Positions 53,440 through 64,000 of a DNA stretch of 64,000 nucleotides are shown here, piece after piece; position 1 is the first letter of the stretch, and each line of letters begins with the position of its first letter. The notes below the pieces were generated by a model, which worked only from the letters and a program-made list of their open reading frames with translations, had not been told where the DNA came from and made no database searches. The stretch comes from Octopus sinensis (taxonomy: Eukaryota): the NCBI RefSeq assembly GCF_006345805.1, contig NC_043002.1, positions 14,818,001 through 14,882,000 of the forward strand. The letters run 5' to 3'. The translations under genes were made by a program, and so were the position numbers.

Positions 53440-53659
53440 CGTTTACTCTTTTACTTGTTTTCAGTCATTTGACTGTGGCTATGCTGAAGCACTGCTTTTA
53501 GTCGAGCAAATCGACCCCAAGACTTATTCGTAGTAAGCCTTGTACTGATTCTATCGGTTCTCTTTTGCTGAACCGCTAGATTACGTGGCCTAAACATACC
53601 AGCATCGGTTGTCAAGCGATGTTGAGGGGACAAACCCAGACACACAAACATATACACAC

Positions 53660-53706
<47 letters not shown>

Positions 53707-53865
53707 TACGACAGGCTTCTTTCAGTTCCCGTCTACCAAATACACTCAGGGCTTTGGTCGGCCCGAGGCTAGAGTAGATGACACTTGTCCAAGGTTCCAT
53801 GCAGTGGGACTGCACCCGGAACCATGGGGCTGGTAAGAAAGCTACTTACTACACAACCACTCTTA
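53440..53865 (-). mobile_element. SINE family A, diverged full length
   Basis: Reverse match to 11462-11862. Confidence 0.85.
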
Positions 53866-53888
53866 CACACACACACACACACACACAC

Positions 53889-53924
<36 letters not shown>

Positions 53925-55209
53925 ATATCCTTTTTAATAATCGGTATTTGGTGAATGAGGCACTTCGATACTGAAGGTTTCAATACCACTACTTGTCGCG
54001 AAGTTTGCACACATTGAAATCTTGATAGAAGTTGATGCAATCTGATTTTTTTTATTCAAGACAGCTAAATTGGACCATGTATGCTCCTCGCTTCCGTCTA
54101 GAGGATATTGAATATCTATAGAAACATGAATCCTGAGCTATTGTAGTGTCCGATATTTTGACATCCAGTGCTGCTGTTTGCATAACTTCCAGCACCAAAT
54201 TTTGGGAGCAGTGGGTCCAGTAACGTCGTGGTGTACATTGCGGCATATTTTGCCTGCATTCGTTCCACCGTGTAAAGTTTAAATCTAAGTGCTTCTCAGT
54301 GGCTAATTTGCTGCGTTGAGGCTCATTTCGAGTATTAACACTGGTCTCTTTCACGTCACGCTATTACTTACACACTGTAAGGTGATCATTGATGGGAGGA
54401 ATATTCATGATCGCTTAGGACAAAGGTCTTACAATGGACCATCATTGTTACCTGCTTCCTTGTACTGAAAATTCAGAGAATCTATCCGCTCAGCCTCCTG
54501 CAATGCACTGTCTGCTTAGTATTACGTACAGGTAATACTACTCATATTAATTCCCTGGTTACGTAGTGATAACGATTCTGGAACTGCGCTCCATCAAGGT
54601 GCAATGCAGTTTGTCTCCATATATTTATTTATGGTGTTATCTATATTTCTTTCCACAACTGCCATCTCTGAATAGCGCAGGGTTAAATAATAGGGCTGTT
54701 ATCTAGCTCTGCCTTAAATTTCTAGGGCGAAATTTATTAGTAAGATAGGATTTAATGGATATATAATATCGTACACCAATTAATATATGTAGATATGTTT
54801 AATTGGAAAAAATGTATGCAGTAATTGCATTATGTATATAACCATGTTTTGCTGGTTCTGTCCGTCTTCTATTTACTTTTTAAAAATTTAGATGTGTGCC
54901 CAAATATCACCCTGAACAAAACCCCTCAGAATGAAAAATATGAATACGACTCGTATTCAAAATAAATACATCAAATGCGACATCATGTCAAATGCAGCAA
55001 CTTCTCGGAAAGATTATGAAGCACTAATCAATGCATACGATTCTTCACAAGAGTTCTAGTCTGTAAATAAATGTTGCTGTCTGCCGACTACAGAAATGGA
55101 ACTCTCGTATTGTGTATTTCAACGCTATCTGAATAAAATATACATGAAGACAATGGGGCTCCTGGGTGCACTCATGGAATTGTTTGTGTGATTATATGTG
55201 TACACACAC

Positions 55210-55375
55210 AAGGCGGCGAGTTCAAATTCCGCCGAGGTCGACTTTGCCTTTCTTCCTTTCGGGTTCGATGAATTAAGTACCAGTTATGCACTGAGGTCGA
55301 TGTAATTGACTTAATCCGTTAGTCTTTCCTTGTTTGTCCCCTCTGTGTTTAGCCCCTTCTGGGTAGTAAAGAAAT
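55210..55375 (+). mobile_element. SINE family C with internal deletion
   Basis: aaggcggcgagttcaaattccgccgaggtcgactttgcc...ttagccccttctgggtagtaaagaaa. Confidence 0.8.
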
Positions 55376-55704
55376 ATATATATATATATGTACACACACA
55401 ATCACGCACGCACGCACGCCCGCACACACACACACACCCAAACATAAGAAACACGTTCCCGCGCACGCATATATATGTACATGTAAGTAATCAAATAATA
55501 TACGCATATCAAAGACCTCCTATATTGGGACTTTGTTTTCTTTCCAAAATCGATAATTGAATATTCTTAACTTCTTAAGATAATCTGGGCACGTAGAACA
55601 TCCGTTGTCCATCAACTATGAAATAACAAACAGATGGAAGCTCCATCAATGAAATCACACTACGGTCAACATTAAAGAAATAACCGCTCTATAATAAAGT
55701 AATG

Positions 55705-56010
55705 CGGAGGCACATGGCCTAATGGTTAGAGCAGAGGACACGTGGTGGAGCTATCGGGGGTTCAAATTTCAGAGCAGGGGATTTGTGTGTTTAAGAGCGA
55801 AACACATAAGCTCCACGCGGCTGTGGTAGAAAATTATGGCGAAGCTCTGGTGACTCTTTCACTGCAACTATATCTCTCTCTCTCTCTCACTCTATTCCCC
55901 TGCATCTAGCAGATCACCTGCGACGCCAGCGTCCTGTCTAGGCGAGTAACCTATATGCCAATGAAACCGGGAAAACGGCCCTTATGAGTCAGGAATGTTT
56001 CGATAAGGGA
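55705..56010 (+). mobile_element. SINE family B variant, diverged
   Basis: gcggaggcacatggcctaatggttagagcag...gggttcaaatttcag...gaaaccgggaaaacggcccttatgag. Confidence 0.75.
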
Positions 56011-57768
56011 CAAGCAACAGCAACATATTAATGCAATGTTATCAATGATGAGATGCAGCTATTGTTTCAACTATCTTGCAATACAGAAACCCATTCATTA
56101 AAATGAAATTACATCTCTCAACGCTCGACATTTAGAAAATACACCACAGAGAATCATCGTCATATATTTTACTATATAACTTCGCAGTTTTTACGTAAAA
56201 AACCAAAGAACGAAAGACCTCGAAAATAAAATAATTACATAAAATAATAAATACCCATCACTTATGGCGACAACCATATTCTCTAAATATGCTGTAAGGC
56301 AATTAGCGAGAATCTTTCGCATAAACCAGTAAAAAGCATCAGTCTCATTTAATTACAGTTTCAGTAAAAATCAATAAATGTATTTGTAAGTGTTTCAAGA
56401 TTTAGTTTAAATGTTTACTCATAAATATCAGAAATTTCCATTAGATGGACATTTTCTACGAAAATCAGTTCTCTTATTTTATTAGATATAACTCGAATGT
56501 GTTATTTAAATTTGCATTCATTTTCGAAATATAGTTGTTCGCTTTTCTTTATGTTTTCTTCATTGGCATTTTCCCCTCTTTTCTTAATATTTCGTTTTAT
56601 ATTTTGCTTTATTTTGTTTTTTTTTGAAAATTATTTAGATATTTGTTTTGGCATATTTTAATATTTATTTTTGTTTTTATTTTCTTTCTAACGTTAATTT
56701 TATTTTTTCATTTATATTTTTGCCTTTCTTGATTTTTATTCTTTTGGCTCTACTTCGCTTTATACTTGATTGATGCTTTGTATTTCTTTATATTTTACTA
56801 TTATACTATATACTTGCTTTTTTTTTAATACTCATCATTCCTTGCTTGGCAATTCTCTTCGACTTTCGTTTGGAGTTCACTGATTTTAAAGAGGTTGTCT
56901 ATCAATGTCAGCGGGACGTGACGCCAGATACCAATAAATAAAGAAAGCGAAAAGCAACGAATGTCAGAAACAATACGCATGGAAACCATTATTATATGAT
57001 TGATTAACTTCTTTGAATTAGTTTTGCGACAGTATACATCTCTAAGTTGGATCCCATTGTTTCATTATTGCTTTCATTCTGATGCAAGGAGTTGGTGCAT
57101 GATTTTTTTTTTTTATTTGAGTGGGCTGTGAAGAAACGGTACACTTTCAATTCAGCCGTCTGCATTTTACATGTAATGTCAATATACATAAAGCATATTA
57201 TGAAGAACATGAATTTTCACAACGAACACACAGAGAAAACATAACATATATAAATGCTTCTAAGGGAAGCCTCACCATTATTCACAAATACATGTGCAGG
57301 CACGTCTCTAATCGTGCATAATCTTATTTAACACGCTTCTAACTAAATGTCTACTTTCATCTCTGTAGATATGTGTACTTGTGAGTCTACAAAAATATTT
57401 CATGTGCATCGCACCCCGCATACAGATGCACAAACGCACACATACAGACACACATTCACATATATATGTGCATAACATATTCTATAGGTGAATTGTATGC
57501 GAATATACGCACACACACATTTAATATTCTATATCTGTTATCTTTTATAATCAGATTGTTTCAGTGATAGAACTTCTGCCATGCTGGAGCAATAAGTTGA
57601 CTACTTGTTTACTCAATAGAACAGACAACAGTCCTTATTACTTAGGCAATTTTCCCGAAAAGCTAGAGTATAGGGACGTAAATAACCCAACGCATGTATA
57701 GAGTAGGTAGAAACCAACACAAATTCTAGTTTTTCTCGAGTCATTTATTCAATTCGTCTTCGTTTCAG

Positions 57769-57929
57769 GCAGACTATGTGTTGCATATGCAACGCCCTGT
57801 CGTGAGACACTTGCGAGCGGTGGACTCAAGCTGTCTGCGAAAGTCGAATCACATGTTTCCGGGGTCAGTCCAACCTCGATGTACTTTGATAAAATGACTT
57901 CTACTTTGTCCCGGAACAACCAAATCTTT
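57769..57929 (+). CDS. Candidate internal coding exon, product unknown
   Basis: Pyrimidine-rich acceptor ttcgtcttcgtttcAG and gtgagt donor at 57930. One frame is open throughout (RLCVAYATPCRETLASGGLKLSAKVESHVSGVSPTSMYFDKMTSTLSRNNQIF), and GC is locally raised. No homology was recognised. Confidence 0.3.
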
Positions 57930-58477
57930 GTGAGTGAATGAGTGCTGGTAGTCGTCTTTATTTTGCTAATCCTATCCAAAACGCAGACGAGTTCCAACGC
58001 TTCCATATGGCACGTTTAAAGTATTTTTCATATCCTTTCAAATGAAATCGCTTATGAAATTCTTAACCCAGAATAAAGAATGTCTATCCACCAATGTGGT
58101 GTTGAGCCCTACTTCTAACAGTTCAATATGAGTGTGTATGTGTGTGTAAGTGTGCGTGTGTGAGTGCGCCTGTGTGTGTGTGTGCGTGGTTGCTCACCAG
58201 CATAGTAGCTGATTCATGACTGAAAGAAGCAAAACAATAAAAGAATAAAAGAAAGAAAATATGCAGAGATGGACATAGTTCAAAATGAAAAACTAGTGTT
58301 TAAGGAAAACACGAAATAGGAGAGCATGTTGTTAATCTCTGAGAGATGAACCACATTCTATTAGTCTGGCTCCTATATGTTCTATCATTACAATAAATTG
58401 CCGATGATGATATACATAATTAAGTGGAAAATACGACCTGAGTCTATATCCCGACAGTTACTCCATTCATATATAAG

Positions 58478-58534
<57 letters not shown>

Positions 58535-58589
58535 GTCTACCTATCTATCTCCCTTTCTTTCTCTCTCTCTCTCTCTGCATATGTATACA

Positions 58590-58640
<51 letters not shown>

Positions 58641-59509
58641 CATACTAGGAAACCCACCCGCACTTTATATAGTTTAAGTTGCATTGGTGGTATCTTTCTC
58701 ACCAAAGAATTGAACTACCGAGAAGATTTATGAGTAACACGGCAATCTAAGTTTCCGATTAGCCTAGAACCGGCAAATGAAGTTGAAGGCTGGTTATGGT
58801 GGAAGTCTTTGCACTTTAATGATTACAGAACATACAATTTTGCAAACGATGCAAAGTAGAGCGACTGTAGTGTTTTGGGAGTAAATTACGGATAATGAAT
58901 ACAAAATAAAGTTGTTTTACATGAAAGCAAAAATTCTTGTCAGAAACAGCCGCATAAATGCCGTAAGAAAATTGAAGGGAGACGTTGAAATTTCCCATCT
59001 GCCAGTTCGTTTTATTCAAAAGCAAAGGGAGGTATTTTTCCGGAGAGATAAGCTAACAAAAGGCCCTTTATTCTGTCTTCCCACAATGCCTGCGCATAAA
59101 CTGAAAGCGAATGCCGAATAAAGTTAAATATGGTATGGAGCTTTCTGAAAGATACGCATAGCTTTCGCTAGTGGAAGCAAAACTCTTATCTAAAGGTTTA
59201 TTCTTTAGGACGAATCATACGTGATTTTGTAAAAGGGATAAAACAGCAATGCTAAAACGTATGTGATACAATGGACATCAGTCGAAATATCATAATGATG
59301 GGTAAATAAGCAGCCTCAAAATGAAACAACGATATCAAAATTAAACAATGGTATCAAGAAAAGAACCTTACATTTCAAGTACTCAGAATAGGTAAAGGTA
59401 AGCTTGCCAAAGTTTAATGCAGTTTAAATATGCAGATTAAGATATTTTGTTATCGGATATTTATCGTGTGCAGTGTTCCTAGTCAGTTGCATCAATGGCG
59501 TAGGTGGAG

Positions 59510-60005
59510 AGCGGAAATAAATAGACAAAACCTTCGTTTCACTTTTATAAAAATATTAAAAAAGTATGGAAGACCCTATATGTATAAAAAAAAATATATG
59601 CCCATTTACGTAGTACTGGGAAAGATGGTATAGTGCATAGCCATCGCTGGGACATGAGTAATGTGTGAGTAAATTTTGGTGAAAATCGGTTGAGAATTGT
59701 GGAAATATAAGCATTAATCCTTATGCACACACATACTGTTATTTATACAGTTGGACAGTGGAAATAAATAAATAGACAAAATACTTCGACTGTTATAAAA
59801 AGATTAAAAATGTGTGCGAAACCCTACATACATGAAAACTATCTCCATTTACATGCATTTACGCGTGAGTTCAGGGCTAATGTTATAGTGTATGACCATC
59901 TCTCAGGCATAAGTAATAAGTGCGTAAAATTTGTTGAAAATCGGTCGAGAATTTTGGGCGTTAGTCATTATACACACACATATTGCGATTTATATATACT
60001 ATCTG
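59510..60005 (+). repeat. Degenerate tandem pair of about 250-bp units with HINE-like tails
   Basis: aaataaatagacaaaa...aaattt(t)g(g/t)tgaaaatcggt(t/c)gagaatt...acacacacata occurs twice. Confidence 0.55.
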
Positions 60006-60364
60006 TCTGTCTCTTGAACATAAATATATCAATTCGGACAGAAGGTTACCTACTTGCAAACAAATATGGTATCATGTAACATTATTGACCGAGGTTACCG
60101 TGGTATTTTCCGTAGGCTTTTCTTTCCACGGATAAACCTTATCTGCTTCCTCCTTTACACTTTACAACATGAAATTTCTGTGATACCCGATACCTATTGA
60201 TCGTTTTTTTCTTTTTTTTTCTTTTTTCTTTCCTTTTTCCCACCTTTACGATCCCTTTTGATCGAAAAGCTACCCCTTTTTTCTCCTTCTCTCTCCCAAA
60301 AGAAAAGCTCTACTCTGTAATCTGTCCTGTCTGTGTGCAGCCCTGTGTGGCTAATAAAGAAACA

Positions 60365-60446
<82 letters not shown>

Positions 60447-61599
60447 ACTATCTATCTATCTATCTAGATATATATATATTTCTATGTGTGTGTTTATAAA
60501 CATGTATCCGTGTGTACATGCGTGCATGCGTGTGTATTATGTATTTTACTAATTTTAGTCATAATTATGTATGACTTCCATTGAATTTCTGCTTCATTTT
60601 ACATAAAGTTTTGTGACATTTACAAATCATAATCTATCGTTTCTTTTCATTTTATTTGTTTCGTTTAAAGATCCTTTTATCTCTGTGATAATCTGTAGTA
60701 TCTACACAAATATTGTCATCTATAATCTGCTTAACCATTTTAGTAATTCAAAGTTATATTTTCAAATGCCAAACCAATGAAAATATCAAGTCTTCCAGAA
60801 ATAAAAATCACCATGTTGAATTCATTTGAAAAGGAAAATGATGCGATAATAACGAAAACGTCAAAGTAATTTAATTTAAAGGAATTAAATCTTAGAAGAA
60901 TTAAATGAAGCTGAGAAAAGAATCATAACCAAGAAATAATATAATCTTTTATATCCTGTACTTATAGTATTAAGTATAGAATATGAAATCTAAGCAATAC
61001 ACACTACATAAAATATTTTAGTAAGGCATGGAATTTACATGAGTAGAGAAACAAAAGATAAACTATAATCTGCATTCACGGCCTATGTACGCGAATCAGA
61101 GGAACAACAAAGCAAGTAGCAAGGTCCAATCATATTCGATGCAATGATAAGAAACCTACAAATGACGCGACGCTAAAGTAAAAAAAAAATCTCTAGAAAA
61201 GAGAAGAAAAGGAAGATAGTGTCGAGGTAAGGGAAGGGTGGAGGAGGATAATGTATTTGTTGTCTTTGGTAAGAAAACGATGGTGTCAATAGTAAAGAGA
61301 TAGTATTAGTGAAATTTAAAATCTACAGAAAGGAAGGAAAGGTAGAAATGGCTTAAGTCTAAGAATATTGTTGAGTTTTCGTGCATGTATTGTGCGTATG
61401 TATGATCTAGTAGAGGTGTATGTGTGTGCGTATGTAGTTGTAAGTTTTGAAAGGGAGCGGTGATGGGTGTGGTGGAAATCAGATTAAGAGAAATTATATG
61501 GTATACAGGGTAAGGAAAAATATATAAAAGAAAGATAAATGTAAGAAATAAGGTGTTTTAGGGAATATAGAGGTGGTTAAGAAGTTGGTTGTTGCGTGA

Positions 61600-62450
61600 G
61601 TAAATATGGGAAATATCTATGAGGTCAAGGGGGAAGTTAAGTAATGACTATACTTGGGGTGTCGTTTTCTTTTGTATTTGGAGAATCGATCACTTGATTT
61701 GTAGCGACGTGTAAAACTTTGGAAAAATCGCGCTTATTGTTATAGTCGTTATACGTTTTAGCATATGTGACTATGGGCCTCTTCAAAGTGTCAGAAATTG
61801 ATTTGTTCTTAACTTTATATATTAAATGAAATAAAGACGTAGTGTCGATTTTGGTTGAGACTTGAAGCTAGAGTTGTGGTTGCCCACTCTAAATTTGAAG
61901 GTGAAGCTGCACGAGCCGACATATACAGTGCATTTGTAAATAATATTTTTAGTAAGGGAACGATTATCTAAGAGACATGAGATTGGGCGTCTACAGCTGC
62001 AAAGGGTTATAGTGGGTGCTGTGCCTGAATTTGTGGGTTGATTGTTATTTTGCGAAAGTCCGTTGTTAGGTTCATTATCACTGGTGGCGTTAGAATTGGT
62101 ATTTATTAATGGGGTTGAGTAAGACGTCAGGTGGGTGCATTTTATGATAGTTTTCCTGTCCGATAATACCGTCTATATTGTTCTTTATTTCTGTACGAGG
62201 TATCGTTTTCGTCACAACATAGGTTTATGGATCGGGTGTTAGTAATGCAATTATAGCTGGAAGTGTTAGGATTAGTGTTGATAAAGAGATTTATAAGTAT
62301 TCTGGATTTATATGTTTGGGTCTCTGGGTTACAGAGAGTTACTTTATTAGAGTAAATGTATATTATTAATCGAATACTCTGAGTCTCATATTATGTCTCG
62401 TAATGACAATGTAGACATATAATTAAGATGCCCTTGTCCTGAAATGTAGC
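61600..62450 (-). mobile_element. Second, highly decayed Naiad-type PLE (GIY-YIG region)
   Basis: Minus-strand TLCSCRRPISCLLDNRSLTKNIIYKCTVYVGSCSFTFKFRVGNHNSSFK (about 61840-62000) parallels CNC...CPL.G.C...VVY...YTG....FK.R...H..SF of the palindromic element. Confidence 0.6.
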
Positions 62451-62553
62451 CTGCGATATACACATCGCTTTGATAATTACTACTACCAAGTTTCTACTCG
62501 CTATGAAACATATGTAGCCCGGATGTTATCTCCAACATTTCTTAATCTTTGGT

Positions 62554-62616
<63 letters not shown>

Positions 62617-63449
62617 TGAGGGTTCAGTAAAGTAGAGCAGAATTAAGGTAACCATGTTCTATGCACACAAATGTGTCTCTTGAGATATGCTAGTACCTTG
62701 CAAGCCTTTTGGTAAATTAAACAAGTCGTGTTTTCCTGAGTGGACGGCAAGGCCTGCTTTGTTTCGTGTCACAAAACAGCAATAACGAGTAAGGCTTCCA
62801 TTTAGAGGAACAGTGTTTTACCAGTGTTCGTTCGTGCTTGTACGAAGTTGATCCCGATGTTGGAGTCGACTTTGCTGCAATCTTTGAATTGTGCAGAAGC
62901 GGGACTGGCCCCACCTTCTGCGTTCTGATGCATTCTTTTCCCCAAGAAGAAAAAGAAAATGTTACATCGCTTCAGATTGTATTTTTAGTTTGTCTTTGAA
63001 GTGCAAGAGGATGTAATAATTTTCTCCTTCTAATTTGATCTTACTATTCATAATTGTAGTTTTGATTGTGTGTCTTACGTTGTCAGGATGCTGCAATATT
63101 ATATGATTATATGCTTTACCATAAATGAATAGCAACTGTTTCTTCATTATTATCTTTTTATGTCCATAAATTTAATTCTAATTTAATAGAAGCGGTCTCA
63201 GTAGAAAATTAGTAATCAGAAATATAATTGGCTTCAATACTAGTCCAAATACCTCATCAGTAGTTTTAGTAGTTTAGAAATGTCCATAGGGGAAGACTAT
63301 ACACTTGCACGCATTCTTACTGAACAGACATATAACCTTATAAAAAAAAAGGCAAACGCCTGTTGTTTCGATGTCATGTATTTTGCGCAATTCCATTCTA
63401 GCTCTACATTAAACAGTAACAAGGTACCTACACCAAATCACTAAGTTCA

Positions 63450-63614
<165 letters not shown>

Positions 63615-63616
<2 letters not shown>

Positions 63617-64000
63617 GAACGGTAGCAAAACACTATTGCTACCACTAGCTGCTAAACATCGCAGCGTGAACACCGCTGTCACCACCATCACCACCACCAC
63701 CAACAACAACAACAAATCTAACGTCGCATTCACCATCGCCGCGACCAAAGACATTAACTTAGATTTCCCCTCACTCCCCACACCACTTGTTGATGATAAA
63801 GGGACAGAGAAAGGGATTTCAAAAATGAATACAAACGAAAACATGAATGCCAGCACCACCACCATCACCACCAACAACAACAACAACGAAATTGGCACAA
63901 AGCCGCCTACCAAAGACAACACCGCCAACACCAACACCACTACTACGACGTCAAATGCTACATCCAAGCCTTCTGCTGCTAATACCGCCAACACCAACAC
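63615..64000 (+). CDS. Thr/Asn-rich open frame running off the window end, function unknown
   Basis: ATG at 63615 with no stop to 64000: [37 protein letters not shown]...[18 protein letters not shown]...[18 protein letters not shown]. It is partly a product of ACC/AAC repeats. Confidence 0.3.

Noticed and set aside
54052-54354. 100-aa ORF in a GC-richer patch
   Set aside because: No recognisable domain, and the good plus-strand acceptor at 54060 leads to stops in all frames.
62717-62930. GC-richer patch with open frames on the minus strand
   Set aside because: Several frames are open, splice sites are weak and no homology was recognised, so there is not enough to call an exon.

Overview
AT-rich eukaryotic DNA dominated by repeats. 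The SINE families and microsatellite load suggest an octopus-type cephalopod (inference). No complete host gene is evident, and most listed ORFs are translations of (TA)n, (CA)n or (GAA)n tracts. Recognisable elements are about 25 tRNA-derived SINE copies of at least 3 families, two decayed Tc1/mariner transposons, RTE, CR1 and R4/Dong LINE remnants, and Helitron-like non-autonomous pieces. The most interesting content is a set of Penelope-like elements (PLEs) with hammerhead ribozyme (HHR) motifs. (1) A 4.4-kb near-perfect palindrome (16191-20615) is built from two head-to-head copies of a 5'-truncated Naiad-type PLE (YRDD RT C-terminus plus GIY-YIG), with a minimal HHR near each outer end. 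(2) A non-coding retrozyme-like unit of about 546 nt carries an HHR (2857-3740). (3) An older 0.5-kb palindrome has HHR relics at both ends (8028-8524). (4) A tRNA-headed SINE has an HHR-like tail (50775-51185). Further HHR-bearing repeats and a second decayed Naiad-type PLE are also present. All family calls were made by eye, and boundaries of decayed elements are approximate.
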